NCBI GenBank assembly: GCA_002104905.1
Contig: MCFE01000022.1
Coordinates: 62,001 to 126,000 of the forward strand
DNA: 64,000 bases
Source: Basidiobolus meristosporus CBS 931.73
Taxonomy: Eukaryota > Fungi > Basidiobolomycota
Direction of reading: 5' to 3'
Below the pieces are notes generated by a model that was not told the origin of the DNA, did not search any database, and worked only from the letters and a program-made list of their open reading frames with translations. Below, one piece after another: positions 24,179 through 37,215 of this stretch (positions are counted from its first letter, which is position 1; each line of letters starts with the position of its first letter). The translations under genes and the position numbers were made by a program.

Positions 24179-27100
24179 TGTTATGATCTGTTCTTGAATG
24201 TATAAGTTGGATCAGCTTTTAGTCAATTCAATAAGTTGTATGTTTAGCTTATTGATATATCAGTATTATCTATCAAGTAAGTTGCATTAGTCGGCAAATG
24301 AATCAGCAGATCCCCATCAGTTAGAAATAGATATATTAAGTAGGATCTTATTAAGTTATGATGATGCAATCATATGAGTCTTCAGCCGCAGCCTACATTA
24401 GAAAATATGATTAGTCAGCAATTGATATGGCAAAATGTATATAAGGAGCTGCTGGAACCTCAATAAATATCAGTTCAAGTTTTAGTGAATACAATACTAC
24501 CTAAACTCCCTATCCCTCTACAACTCTTATACCAAGATTTGTAACATTTGTAGCAGCAATAACCAGAAACATCCCTCCTGAAGAAAGAAAAAGCCTCCCT
24601 CAAGATGTCCAAAAATCAAGAATGGAAGAACGCTATGCAACAAATCCTGGCCCAGCTGCAACAGTTACTCCAGATCCTAAGCCAGCAACAACAATGAATG
24701 ACTACCATGGCCCAAAGCCAGCAAAACCCTGTCAAGAGCAACTTCAGTGTGAAGGTCAACTGGTACCACAGTTGAGTCAATGAAAACCTGTAAATTTGGC
24801 TCTTCCAGATTGAAGAAGCTATCAAGGCCAAAGGAATTGCTCCAGAAAGTAAGTTACATTATGCAGCCTCTTACCCGGCAGATGCAGCTTTACAGTGGTA
24901 CCACAACAAGATCAGGTCAGCCACCATGATGGGATGCTCTACAATCTCTACCTGTGATGAGTTTATGATGGAAATTCAGGATGCCTTTGAGCCCCCATGC
25001 CAACAGACACTACTAAGATGGAAGTTAAAGACACTCAGACAGAAAGGAATGGTTCAAGAATAGATCTATGAGTACAGATGTCTACTTGGGCCAACTGAAA
25101 GAATGGACCCCCTGGATCAAGTTGAATACTTTATTGATGGGTTGAAAGCAAGAACTTGCAAGGAAGTGAAATATCAAAGACCTCAGACTATTGAAGAAGC
25201 CATCAAGATTGCCATTGACTATGACTCAGCTATGTTTGGAGTTGGGAAGCCTACAGTGACTAATCAGAAAGGCTACAATCATTATGAAAGAAGACAGTCA
25301 GAAGCAGTACCAATGGAAATAGATGCTATGCAGAAGAGCCCCACCTCAGATGAATGTAAGAAGAAAGGACTTTGCCAGACTGGATTTTAACTTGGTCAAT
25401 TCCAGTGTGTCTGAAACAAGTGAATTTATTAAGACACAGCTCTGTAGAGCACTAAGAAAAGGCACTCAGATGTTCCTCATGGCAGTATTACAGGAGAATT
25501 CCTCAACTCCAGTACCCCAGAAGGTCCAGACTCCTTTGAAGGAATATTCAGACGTATTTCTAGATGAACTTGTAAGCATACCACCAGTCAGAGATGTGGA
25601 TCATGCCATTGAAACAGGAGATAGCCCTCCAGTGAGTAAGACACCTCACAAAATAAGTCCATTGGAGTTGGAAGAGATGAAGAGACAAATAGATTAGTTA
25701 TTGGAGCAAGGATATATCAGACCCAGCAAGTCACCTTGGGGAGCACCAGTACTTTTTGTGAAGACCAAGGATGGAGCACTTAGGATGTGAATTGACTCCA
25801 GAGCCCTCAACTCAGTTACCGTGAAGAATAAGTACACCATACCTTGGATTGATGAGCTCTTGGACCAACTCAATGGTGCCACTATTTTCAGCAAGATTGA
25901 CCTCATGTTAGGATACAAGCAGATAGGGGTGAAGCCAGAAGACATCCCAGAGACAGCATTCAGGACCAGAAATGAACATTAAAAGTACTTAGCCATGAGT
26001 TTTGGCCTCACCAATGCCCCTGTAACATTCATGACCCTGATGCAGACTGTCTTCCAGGAGTACTTAGATAGGTTTGTGATAATCTGCATAGATGATATAT
26101 TGATATACATCAAGATGGAAAAGGATCACTTGGTGCACATTGAAAAGGTCTTGAAGAAGCTAAGAGAGCACAAGCTTTATGGCAAGCTACCAAAGTGTGA
26201 ATACTTCAAGGAACACGTTGAGTATCTGGGACACATAGTGACTAGCACAGGAGCAACCTTAGACCCTAAGAAGGTTGAAGTTATCAAGAATCTGAGGCAG
26301 CCCCATAGCAAATCAGAGCTCAGATTATTCCTTGGAATGTTTCCTATTATCAGAGATTTGTCAAGTCCTTTGCAAGTATTGCAGCCCCTTTAACTGATAT
26401 CCTCAAGAAAGACAATACCTACAAATGGGACATAGCTGGTGAGACTACCTTCCAGACACTCAAGAATGAACTTGCTAAGCTGCCATGCTTAAGAATACCT
26501 GACTTCAGACAAGAGTTCACTCTGTGCACAGATGTTTCAGATTATGCAATTGGTGGAGTGTTGAGCCAAGAACCCAAGGGAAAGGGCTACCCTGTTGCCT
26601 TTGAGTCCAAGAAACTGAACTCAGCTGAACAGAGCTTTCCAGTTTATGAGAAGGAGATGCTTGCTATAATACATTGTTTGAAGACATGGGGATGCTATAT
26701 TGAAGGAGACATATGCACTGTGAAGACTGACCATGCCTCCCTCAAGTATACATTTACTCGGAAGGTACTCTCTAGAAGAATGACAAGATGGAGTGAATAC
26801 ATTCAGCTATTTGAATTGAAGATTGTCTACTGCCCTGGAAGAAACAACACAGTTGTCAATGCCTTTTTAAGATTAGAACAAGTTGCACAACTCAACTTGG
26901 TGCATGAATCAAATTGGCCTAGCCTATTACCAAAGTACTTGGAGGACCAAGCCATTCCAAATGAGCTGGATGAAGAAATCAAGAAGATAATCCAGGATAA
27001 AGCCAGCAAGTTTGTAGTGCAGGATAAAACACTCACCAAATTGTTGATGGAAGCCCTATTGCCTATTGCCCTTTTGTTGCTTGCCTGGATTTAATTCATA

Positions 27101-28542
27101 AGCTACACAATGGATATGGACATCTTGGAATTGAAGGAACTTATAGCCTTGTGAAAGCCAGAGCATGGTAGCCCAGTATGAAACATGACGTTGAGAAGCT
27201 AGTGAAAACATGCCCAAATTGCCAAATCAATCAAGGCCAATCACAGAGAATTGCTGAACTCTTTCCCTTGGAGCCTGTAAGACCATTCAAAAGATGGGGA
27301 ATTGACTTTAATGGAAGACTGCCAACTGCCAGGAAATGCAACTGTTGGATCCTAGTAGCAACTGACCATGCCACTAAATAGCCAGTGGCTAAAGCTGTAC
27401 CTATAGCCAGTGAACAAGAAGTTGCAAGTTTCATATATCATCAAATCCTTATGAAGTTTGGATGTCCTGTAGAGATTTTATTTGATAAAGATGCCAACTT
27501 TGTGGTAAAGACATCGGAAGCTTACCTGGAAATGCAGCAGATCAAACACTTGAAAACCTTGGCATATCACCCCAGAACTAATCAAGTCACTGAACAGTTT
27601 AATGGATTGTATGAAAAATGCTGACCTAGTATGGAAATGGAGTTGTCAGTGGACTGGATGAGTACATAGACCAAGCACTCTTTGCATGCAGAGTAAGAGT
27701 ACACAACACCACGCAACAATTGCCATTTTACTTAGTGTATGGATGTGACCCAAGGATTCCAGGTAATCTCACACAACCAAAGCTTACAGACACCTTAGAA
27801 GATGAACTCAGTCAGCCAAGTAGACACAAGCAACTAGAACAAAGATGTCATGAGGCACAGACCAAAGTACCTCACAGTGCAGAAAAGATGAAGCAGAGAT
27901 TTGATAAGACTATAGCACCAGAAGCATTGCCAGTTGGGAACTTTGTATTGCTAAGAAACAACACTTGGAAGAAGTTTGAGCCACAATGGAGAGGACCATT
28001 CAAGATCATCAGAGAATGTCCATTTGCAACTTACCAACTAGTGGACAAACAAGGCAATATCCGGGAAGACTTAGTGCATAGGGACAGACTCAAGCTTGCA
28101 AGACTTGCTGATGATACTGAACCATCAAGATATTGGTATCACAAGAAAAGAGATTTGGGAGAACCCTCACAACTTTAGTAGGGGAATGTTATCATCTGCT
28201 GCTTGAATGTTTAAGTTAGATCAGTTTTTAGTCAAATCAATTAGTTGTATGTTTTGCCTATCAGTACATCAGTATTGAGAGCATCAACCAGCAAATGAAT
28301 CAGCAGGCCCTTATCAGACAGAAACACATATATTGAGTAGGCACCTTTTGGGTGATGATGATGCAATTAAATGAGTCATCTGCTACAGCCTACATTAGGA
28401 AGTACAATTAGTCAGCAATTGATCTGGCAAAATGTATATAAGGAGCTGCTGGAACCTCAATCAAGATCAGTTCAAGTTTTAGTGAATACAATACTACCTA
28501 AACTCCCTATTCCTCTATAACTTTAAACCAAGACTTGTACCA
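24179..28542 (+). mobile_element. Ty3/gypsy family 'A', copy 2 (two LTRs; zinc knuckle and protease deleted)
   Basis: LTRs at 24179-24546 and 28187-28542, PBS-like TTGTAGCAGC, PPT TAGTAGGGGAA, then gag, RT (CIDD), RNase H and integrase. The flanks (CTAC / CATC) give no TSD. Confidence 0.92.
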
Positions 28543-28799
28543 CATCAAGCAACTAATTTTTATTTGCAAAACTCTAACAGGGTATGCTGGATTTCTTGTG
28601 GTCACAAGCCAATTTCTACACCATTCAATACAGAATTCTCACAAGCAAAAGCTAAAATGCACCTATAAGGGGGACCAGAATCCAGCAGGGAAAAGGAATA
28701 TGTTGGACCTGCTCCATTGGATATATTATGATGTTGGGATCATACAATGGGTTGCTCATAATGCCAGCAGCTGGGAGTTATTGACTATCTACATGATCT

Positions 28800-29414
28800 T
28801 ATGCCAGGATTGTGATGGCATTTTGCTGAATTCACTGCCAAATGAAGTAATAACCTAATGATGCTTTAGCAGCCACTTAATAAGAATTGTACAGCATTCT
28901 GCCAGTCAAAATGCATTCACAAGTATTTGAGCAAGCCTAACCAGCTGATACAAAATCACCCTCTTGGTTGATAAGATGGAAGTTTTGGGCACACTACCTA
29001 TCAATGAGGATATGATAGTTCACATCCAAACAGCATGAGAGGCAACTCTCAGGGCCTCTCATCAGCTCTAGAGCTCAGAGCTGAAGAGTTAAATTACATA
29101 TACAAAAGGCTCCTGGATAAAGCATTAAGAAATTCAAGCACCAAAAAGAAAGAAGATATTGCATTAATTACAAATAAAAACCAACAAAGGAGGTACACCA
29201 GGCACTTTAACGTCAATGGCAGCCTTTTTTGCTACCACTGCAAAAGAAAAGGACACATATCCAACACGTGCCTCAAGAAGAGATTTTGCTGGCAAAAAAA
29301 AACTAAAATATGGAGGTGCTGCAACAATTGAAGCTAGACTACTCAAATCTGCACTAAATATGCCACAAACAAGAATTCCCAGATATGATTTATTGACTCT
29401 GGAGCATCTCAACA
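28800..29414 (+). mobile_element. Ty1/copia gag to protease start; continues at 34052-34570 after a CACTA insertion
   Basis: CCHC knuckle CYHCKRKGHISNTC, then IDSGASQ. The sequence resumes HYTHQKDFLTYFK at about 34054. Confidence 0.85.
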
Positions 29415-32400
29415 CCCTATAAAAGTTCTTCTGACAATTGCATCAATAGGCCATCACAGATTCTAGGTCCTGTAACTAAATGGTATTGATTTAATCAGGA
29501 TACCATGCAAAGACCAGCAAAAAGAAATTGCACCCCCAATATCATAAATAACCTAGACTAGATGTTTCATCACAATAACACACAAATGCCATTTGGCTGG
29601 TTCTCTGCCAGTTATTGCTATTTCTGATCCTGGACAACCCATCACCTCCTGGTTCCCATTGTCCTGATCTTCAGCCAGTACTGCAAGGTCTAACTCCTCA
29701 TTGGCTAGTCTTTGCAATAAATCCTTGCAACATATAAGTGTGTTTTCTTGAGCACTGCTCTTGAAGAAGTGCTGCAACCATATGGTGTACCTATAAGTGT
29801 TCCAAATTCCACTGAAGGCATTGTGATAGTCTTTTGAGCTCTTGACATTGTAGCCTCTAGTGCCAGTGGGATCTATACCCTGTGAACAATGGAGGACATG
29901 GAGGCTGTGTTAGACAAATCACCTTTGTTAGCAAACTCATCTACCTTGCTGGAGTATGGCTTAACTGGCTGCACTTCCAGCTCTTGTAAAAACAGCTGTT
30001 TTCTTGTTGGAAAATCTTTCTGGCTATGATGGTATTCAGTCTGTTCTGGGCCTACACTATAGATTGTCAGGAACAGCAGCTTTTTTCTTATGTTTCCCTG
30101 TCACTTGCTTGGGTAGACTTTTCTCTTAATCACTGCCAGGTCTTTCACTGCTACTTTGTCGGAGTGCTTCCTATGTTGAGCCACATTTTCTCCTTGCTAA
30201 ATATTGAGCTGATTCATCTGCTTTGGCCTGCTTGTCCCTTGCTGGCACTCTGCTAGCCACCGGACGCTTCTTTACTGCTTGTTTCAAGCTCTCAGTGCAT
30301 GCTGTGACAGGCTCCTGAGGTAGCCACTTTCTTTTATCACTACCAAGTCCTTCATTGCTACTTTGACTGTTTTCTTTTTGAAAAGAACTAAGCTTTTTAC
30401 TTGCTAAATATTGTGCTGGTTAATCTGTGTCTGCTTGCTTTTCCCATGTTTCCAGCTACCCTGTGCCTCATTGACACTTGTTTGGAGCTTTCAGCCCTGC
30501 TTGTAATGGGCTTTTCAGGGAGCCACTGGTTTCTGGTTATTGCACCCTTATTCTTCTGCCAATGATAGTTTCTGCTGTTTTTGAGATACTTTCTTAGCAT
30601 ACCAATGCTGGCCCAAAATCCATTTACCCGTTTGAATTCAGAATAATGCTAATGGAGCAAGTCAAGTGCATTCTGCTTGGCCTTGAGTTCCTGACAGTCC
30701 AATGGTATGCCAGCCTTGAGGTGTAGGTGTGCTAGACTTCTAACAGCCACTTGAATACTAGCCCTCTCTTCATCATTGTGCTCAATGGGTCCACACATCT
30801 TCAATGCAGTTTGATTTTTAGGCTTTGGTATAAGCACTGTAACTCCCCCTCTCATGCTGTGATAGTTTTTATGTGGGCTTCATATTTAGGCACTGCTGTT
30901 GTGCCTCAAAGACTGTATTATGTTCCTGTGCTGTTACATTGGGAAATGGCTCAATTCTTGGCTATGATATTGAGCTACTTGAGTTCTTTCTTTGCAGCAA
31001 GGATACTGCTTTCTCTACATGGGATATTGAAAGGCTCTATACCTTTTGTCTGCCCATCTTGTTTCTGGTATATTTCCCTATTTCTCTAATCCATTGCATC
31101 TATCCTATCAGCCACTGCACCTAATTACCTCATTCATGCTTTGGTATGAGCCAGCAACATACTGGCTAATACAGGTGGTAGTGATGTTGTGATGGCTATT
31201 AGCTGGTCTTCAACTAAGGGTACTGCATTTGCTACATTCTCATCTGCCTTAGCAATGTGGTCAGCTTGTGGCTCTGCAGAGAATCCCAATTGCCTACTTA
31301 ATGGCAAGCCTAAGGAGCCCACATTACTCCCTTCAGTAGGCACACTCTCAACATGGGCTCTTTGGCTGTAGCCCTGCTTGTTGCACTGAATGCAGATCAA
31401 GCTGTTGTCCAACCATTCTGCTGCTGCTGTCAGTGGTGGGGTGTGGTTGGGAAACAGACAACTTTGCTTTATTTTTTGCAGCATATATATGAAAGTGAGT
31501 CAAACCAAAGGGGATATGGTGTTACCTATATGTGTGTATATGGTGCCACAACTGTATTTATAGTGCTCTTAGTGGTGGGTAATCATTGAATCTTACATTT
31601 ATACAGGAGCAATGTCTCAAACACAAGATTGTCTTATATTAGCATGAGTGTTGACAGAAAAGAGATATAATAGCATTATGTTGTTGAGTGTAAAACTGTT
31701 TGCCCCATGGATAAAACTACCTTGATTCAACACTGTGAGTGAAGAGAAAAAAGACCATGTGGCTATTGTAGCAGGCCTCTGAGCCATGAGGCATGCAGAG
31801 AGCATTGGAAGTATTACTGGGATCATGGCCAGTGTTTTGCCACACAAACCATATTTGGCCATTCACTAGTCACCGCAATGCTAGCAATATCTTGTCAGCC
31901 ACTGGATACTGCTATGATTGCATATGGCTGTACTTGTCACCTTGCACAAACTGATTTAGGAGAGTTTGTAACACCTTTAGGCTCTTCCCAGCTATCTGAA
32001 TATGGCATGCAGAGTGATAGCTCTGAAGAAGCTGACTTACTGATGGATTGTGAGCCTATCTTCCCTGACAGCAGCACTTGCATGAGCCCGGCAAAATCCC
32101 ATTATGCAATGAGGCTACATCCATGGAAAAAAATGGCAAGGACACTCTATGAAGTCAAGTAAGCCAGCAAATCCATCTACTGGTGAATGAGGTGATTTTG
32201 TGGCTACAGAAGTGGTGCATTTGGACCAATATTAGTAATGGGGGCTTTGAGGGCATACAATATTTGTTGCCAAAATCATCCTGGGATGCAACTTACCATG
32301 TACATGGTGCAGGTGTAAACTGTCATGTGGCTGGCAACATATGACCCAGGGACTGTCCTGATACCAGCATTTGTTAACAGTTGCATGGCATTCATGTCAA

Positions 32401-34051
32401 AAAATGCCACTATTGCAAGGTGTCCAAGTTATCAGGAATCCATTACCATTGAGGAAATATAGTTGACGCTCTAGGTATATTCCAGTAATACCCTGTCTAA
32501 AGAAGCTCAAGCAGTCCAATAAGTATTTTGAAGCTATAAAATGAGCTCCAATTAATATTCATATGCATATGCAACAATACAAGTGCAAGGACTGGATGAA
32601 CTGGATATGTAATCATTCAAGTGGCATTCTAAGGCTATTTCTACCAGGAGTACATTGGAAGCATTGGGGGTCATATGCAGATATTGTAGGAATATTTATC
32701 CAGAAGCAGATCACCAATGCTATCTTGATGCATCTATAGCTTTTGTGTTCAGAGTGTGTGATGGGATTTAAGCTCTTATACTGCAAATATGAAGCTGAGC
32801 ACATAGATCTCTGCCACTACTGAAGACATTTGCTACTAAATGTTGCTTGGTGTGTAGAGAATATTGGACCTTGCTTCACCTTTTGGGAGTTTCCTCTGGA
32901 GTGGATTTGTGGGAGATGGGAAGAAAAGTCAAGTTGTGGGTGCTATCATATCCCAATCTTATCAAGAACATTACCTTGAAGACTGTCATGGATTTGATGA
33001 GTTGGTACATGGAGGACAGCCAGGAAGAGCTGGAAAATACTGAGGACAGAAGTGAACAAGGAGATACCTATACCTATAGCATTAAGAAACTAAGCAGCCC
33101 CAATGCATGGTTAATCAGTCAATTAATGCAAAGTTAGGTTGGGTACAACAAGCAACTAATTTTTTTTAGAGAGCTCTACCAAGGTATGCCAGATTTCTCT
33201 TGGTTGCAAGCCTATCTCTACACTATTCAGTACAGAGTTCACACAAACAAGAGCCAGAACACACCTATAAGGGGACTAGAACTCAGCAAGGAGAAGGAAT
33301 GTATTGGCTAAACACCAAAAAGTACTTTGTGGATATTCAAGAGGTATTCATGACAGAAGTGGTGGCAACAATGCATTTGTTTGCAAGATGTGTATGTTAC
33401 CACCAATAAAAGATATTTGGCAACTTTGCCAGCATCCTGCTAAAAAGCCATAAAGTTGAAGTGATAGAGGTATATCAAATGTGGCAGGTGTGCACATTTG
33501 TAGAGGTTGGTAACCAGGAGGCCATAGTTTTTTTTGATTTAAACTATATGTGGAATACCCAAGGTAGTAATGGGTAAGCAAATAAAGAGGGGTGATTCTA
33601 AGTGGAACATATGAATTGTGCAAGGAGGTAGAATAAGGAAATACCATTTGGTGAATTGGTATGGTAGCATTATACAGAACTAGCTGTAGGCCACCATACA
33701 GCCATGATAATACCATTGAAGGCTTACATAGAGGCTGTCAAAACACTGTTGGGTTCTTAGCCACATAAGGCAATTGGATGTACTGGCTGGTTAGATCCAA
33801 TAAATAGTTGTTAGGTACATTAAGACTGCAATAATGCCATGCTACCCTTAGCAAAGCACTGTACAAACACTGTTATATTTTATCAACTGTATTTGACTAA
33901 AAAATTAGCAAAACACCATGGTGATCCTCTCACAAGATTGTGTAAATGGTCATTAATTCAAAGCTGCTGGTATTTTAGTGGTCTCCTGACAGGATTTTGA
34001 CAGCTGATCTGGATTGGATATACCTGCAGGACCAAATTACTTTTCATAGGG
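29415..34051. mobile_element. CACTA-like element with both termini (ORF2 on -, deleted transposase on +)
   Basis: Begins CCCTATAAAAG and ends TTTTCATAGGG. The interior is the inverted homolog of 43232-49156, and removing it restores the copia protease motif. Confidence 0.85.
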
Positions 34052-34570
34052 AGCACTATACACACCAAAAAGGACTTTTTAACCTATTTCAAGAAAATCC
34101 ATTCAACAAGGATTTTGTGGGTGACAATAGAGCACTTGATGCAGTAGGAGTAGGCATTATCTAAGTAAGCCTTAGAAGAGGTGAAGGAAGCCATGCACCT
34201 ACTTTAAAAGAAATACTCTGTGTACAAGATATAGCCAAGAACCTACTGTCTGTAAGCAAGGCAACTGATGAAGGTCTCATTTTCAGCTGTGACAATTCTA
34301 GATGCAGGATTACTGATAAAAGTGGTGTCCAGATTTCTTTTAGTATCACAGATCAGAATCTATACCAGTTACTGAAATGAAGAATCACCAATGCTTTGGA
34401 ACTCAATATTTGGACACATCAATTTTGATTATTTGCACAAAATGATCAGAGATCAGCAAATTTCAGGAGTAAAACTGATCCCCCAGCTAATTGTGCAGCC
34501 TGCATATATGGAAAGCAAGTCACAGAAGCATTGAAGAGCTCTGGGTTAATGAAAACTAAGAAAAATTACA
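34052..34570 (+). mobile_element. Ty1/copia protease to GAG-pre-integrase fragment (second half of 28800-29414)
   Basis: Homologous to 59606-60090 and the reverse complement of 16680-17140. Confidence 0.8.
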
Positions 34571-35990
34571 CCATGAAAAATTACTGTGATGATCCTGTCA
34601 TAAGGCTGTCACAAACTTAAAGTCCTATGACTATGAGGTACTGATCTTGTCAAGACACTGTGCAGAGACTTTTGAAAAATAATTGCACTCCAGATTTCTC
34701 AAAAAGCTTAGTCAAAATTTTTCATCACAACAATATATTGGTGGCTTTTGATAGGTTCCCTGCCAATTTGCTCACTTTATCATCTCAGACACTCAACCAC
34801 CTCCTACATTTGTGTACATTGATAGGCTATTGCCTCTTACTCACACTCCTTACTTCCTGACTCAACCATTTCTCTTACTTTTGTGTGTACAACTTACTTT
34901 ATTGCTGTTGAAACTTCAGTTGTACTTCAATTTTCAAATGTATTGACCTATACAAGTCCCCATACCCCACACTAACATTAAGCCCAACCCACACTTGGCA
35001 AGTAACTCCATTAAAATCCACCACTCAATAAAAACTTCTGCTATAACCCTCTGTTTCCATGATTCCTGCAAGAACCCAACAGCTTTATGCCACTGTTCAT
35101 TTACTGGTTCCCACATGTCCTGGTCTTCAGCTGGCACCGCAAGGTCTAGCACCTCATTTGCCAGTCTTTGCAATATATGCTTGCAATCTATAAGTGTATC
35201 TTCTTAAGCACTGCTCTTGAAGAAGTGCTGCAACCTCTTGGTGTGCCTATAAATATTCCAAAATTCCACCAAAGGCATTATGATAGTTTTTCAAGTTCTT
35301 GATGTTGTAACCTGGTTTGTGAGTGGGATCTCCACTCTGTCATCAATAGAGGATGTAGAGGCTGTGGTAAACAAATTGCCTTTCTCTGCAAACTCATCTA
35401 CCTTGCTGGAGTGCTGCTCTACTGCCTAAGCTTCCAACTCTTGTAAAAACAGCTGTACTCTTGTTGGTAAATATTTTTGGCTATGATGAGATTCAGTCTG
35501 CTCCAGGCTTACAGCATTGATTGATAAGTATGGTAAATTTTTCTCTATGCTTCCCTGACTTAGGCTTGGGTAGACATTTTTCCCTTTATCACTGCCAGGT
35601 CTTTAACTGCTACTTTGTCTGAGTGCCTCTTGTAATGAACTACACTTTCTCCTAGATAAATTCTGCTCTGACACATCTGTTGTGGCCTGCTTGTCTCTTG
35701 CTGGCACTCTCCTGGAAACTTGACATTTCTTTATCACTTGTTCTAGACTCTCAGCAGTAGTTGTGACAGGCTCCTGAGAATGCCACTGGTTTTATCACTG
35801 CCAGGTCCTTCACTTCTACTTTGACTGAATATTTCTTGAGTGGTACCAAGCTTTTCCTTAACAAATGTTATGCTGATGCATCTGTATCTGCCTGCTTGTC
35901 CCTTATTGGCACTTTTCTAGCTACCTTACATCTCTTTGACTTTTGTTTGAAGCTTTCAGCACTGCTTATAATGGGCTTTTGAGGTAAGAA
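34571..35990 (-). mobile_element. CACTA right end plus 3' part of ORF2
   Basis: Starts CCATGAAAAATTAC (terminus variant); inverted homolog of 47700-49156. Confidence 0.8.
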
Positions 35991-36483
35991 GATGAGGAGC
36001 CAGACAATATACACCCCATCATTTGGAGCTGCCCATTTGGTATACAGGTCTAGGCAGCCATAGTTCAAACAAAATATAAGACAGTTAAACAGAAGATTAG
36101 ACTATTACTCACATATTTGACTGATGGATCTTGACCAGCTGATTACATCACATCACCCAAAGAAACACCAGAAGATGTACAACTTACATCTGCAAGACTT
36201 AAGCAACTTGTCATTGGTGATGGAAACCTAACACCAGAGGAGATTTTATTTTTTGAAGAAACCTTGAAAAGTCATGATAAGGCTTGCTCAAATAATGACA
36301 AGGAGATGGGGCTCTTAAAGACATTGGCTGAAAAACCTATCAAGATTCATACAGTGCCACACACACCCTGGTCCTTCAAACATTACCCACTACCCAGAGG
36401 ACTCTAAGCTGATGTGCATGATTGACTTTAGAAACTGATTGATGCTGGGATCATACAGCCTTGCCATAGACCTTATGCCAATA
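35990..36483 (+). mobile_element. Ty3/gypsy family 'B' pol, pre-RT segment (continues at 49157)
   Basis: KTKYKTVKQKI...IKIHTVPHTPW...LIDAGIIQPCHRPYAN joins RWFVAKKK at 49157 once the 12.7-kb insertion and the ATA duplication are removed. Confidence 0.85.
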
Positions 36484-37215
36484 TGCTATGAAAAATAATT
36501 TGGTCCCGCTGTGGTGGTTTATAGGTCCAAGGGAGAGATACATCCAACACTTCTCAAGTGTTTTGTGTGTGGGGTGTTCCCTGGGTGCAATAACCTCTGG
36601 TAAAACCTTGCTAGGAATACTTGGGTTCTGTCTCTAATCTAATGTGAAGGGGAATAAAGCCACAAGCTTGTCAAGGGAAAACTATTGAGCTACAATCCCC
36701 AACTTGGTTGGCATCTTTACAAAAGTATGTGCTGGGTTCAGCAGCCTTTGAGATGACAGTGTACTAAAGCTTCCAAAGTCATAACAACTGTAAACTGCAC
36801 CAGCAGGGACTTGATAAGAATGCAGCTGTGGTCAATAGTTACAAAGACAGAAAAGTATCTTTGCCTGTACAAGAACAAACTTGGGAAAGAATCAAATGTA
36901 ATAAAAGATATTTACTCTGAGTATTCCTCACAAGTAGTACATCCAAGGTCAGTTGGCTGTCAGTGTGGTTTCCTGGCAGTGTCCTGTGGTCTGGGGTTGG
37001 AAGTTCAGGTAGCAGCAGGTAGCAGTGATCACACTAATCAACAAGTTGGTATACTGATAAAAGGGATGATGATTTATTGTTGAGGGATAGCCTCCCATAT
37101 ATACTTTTCTTACTGGCTAAGTGATTACTAATCATGGTGTTCTAGAAGGTTGCAGATATCAGTAGAAATCTTAATGACATCAGAATGACCTAAGAATGCT
37201 CTAGATAGGTGCTGG

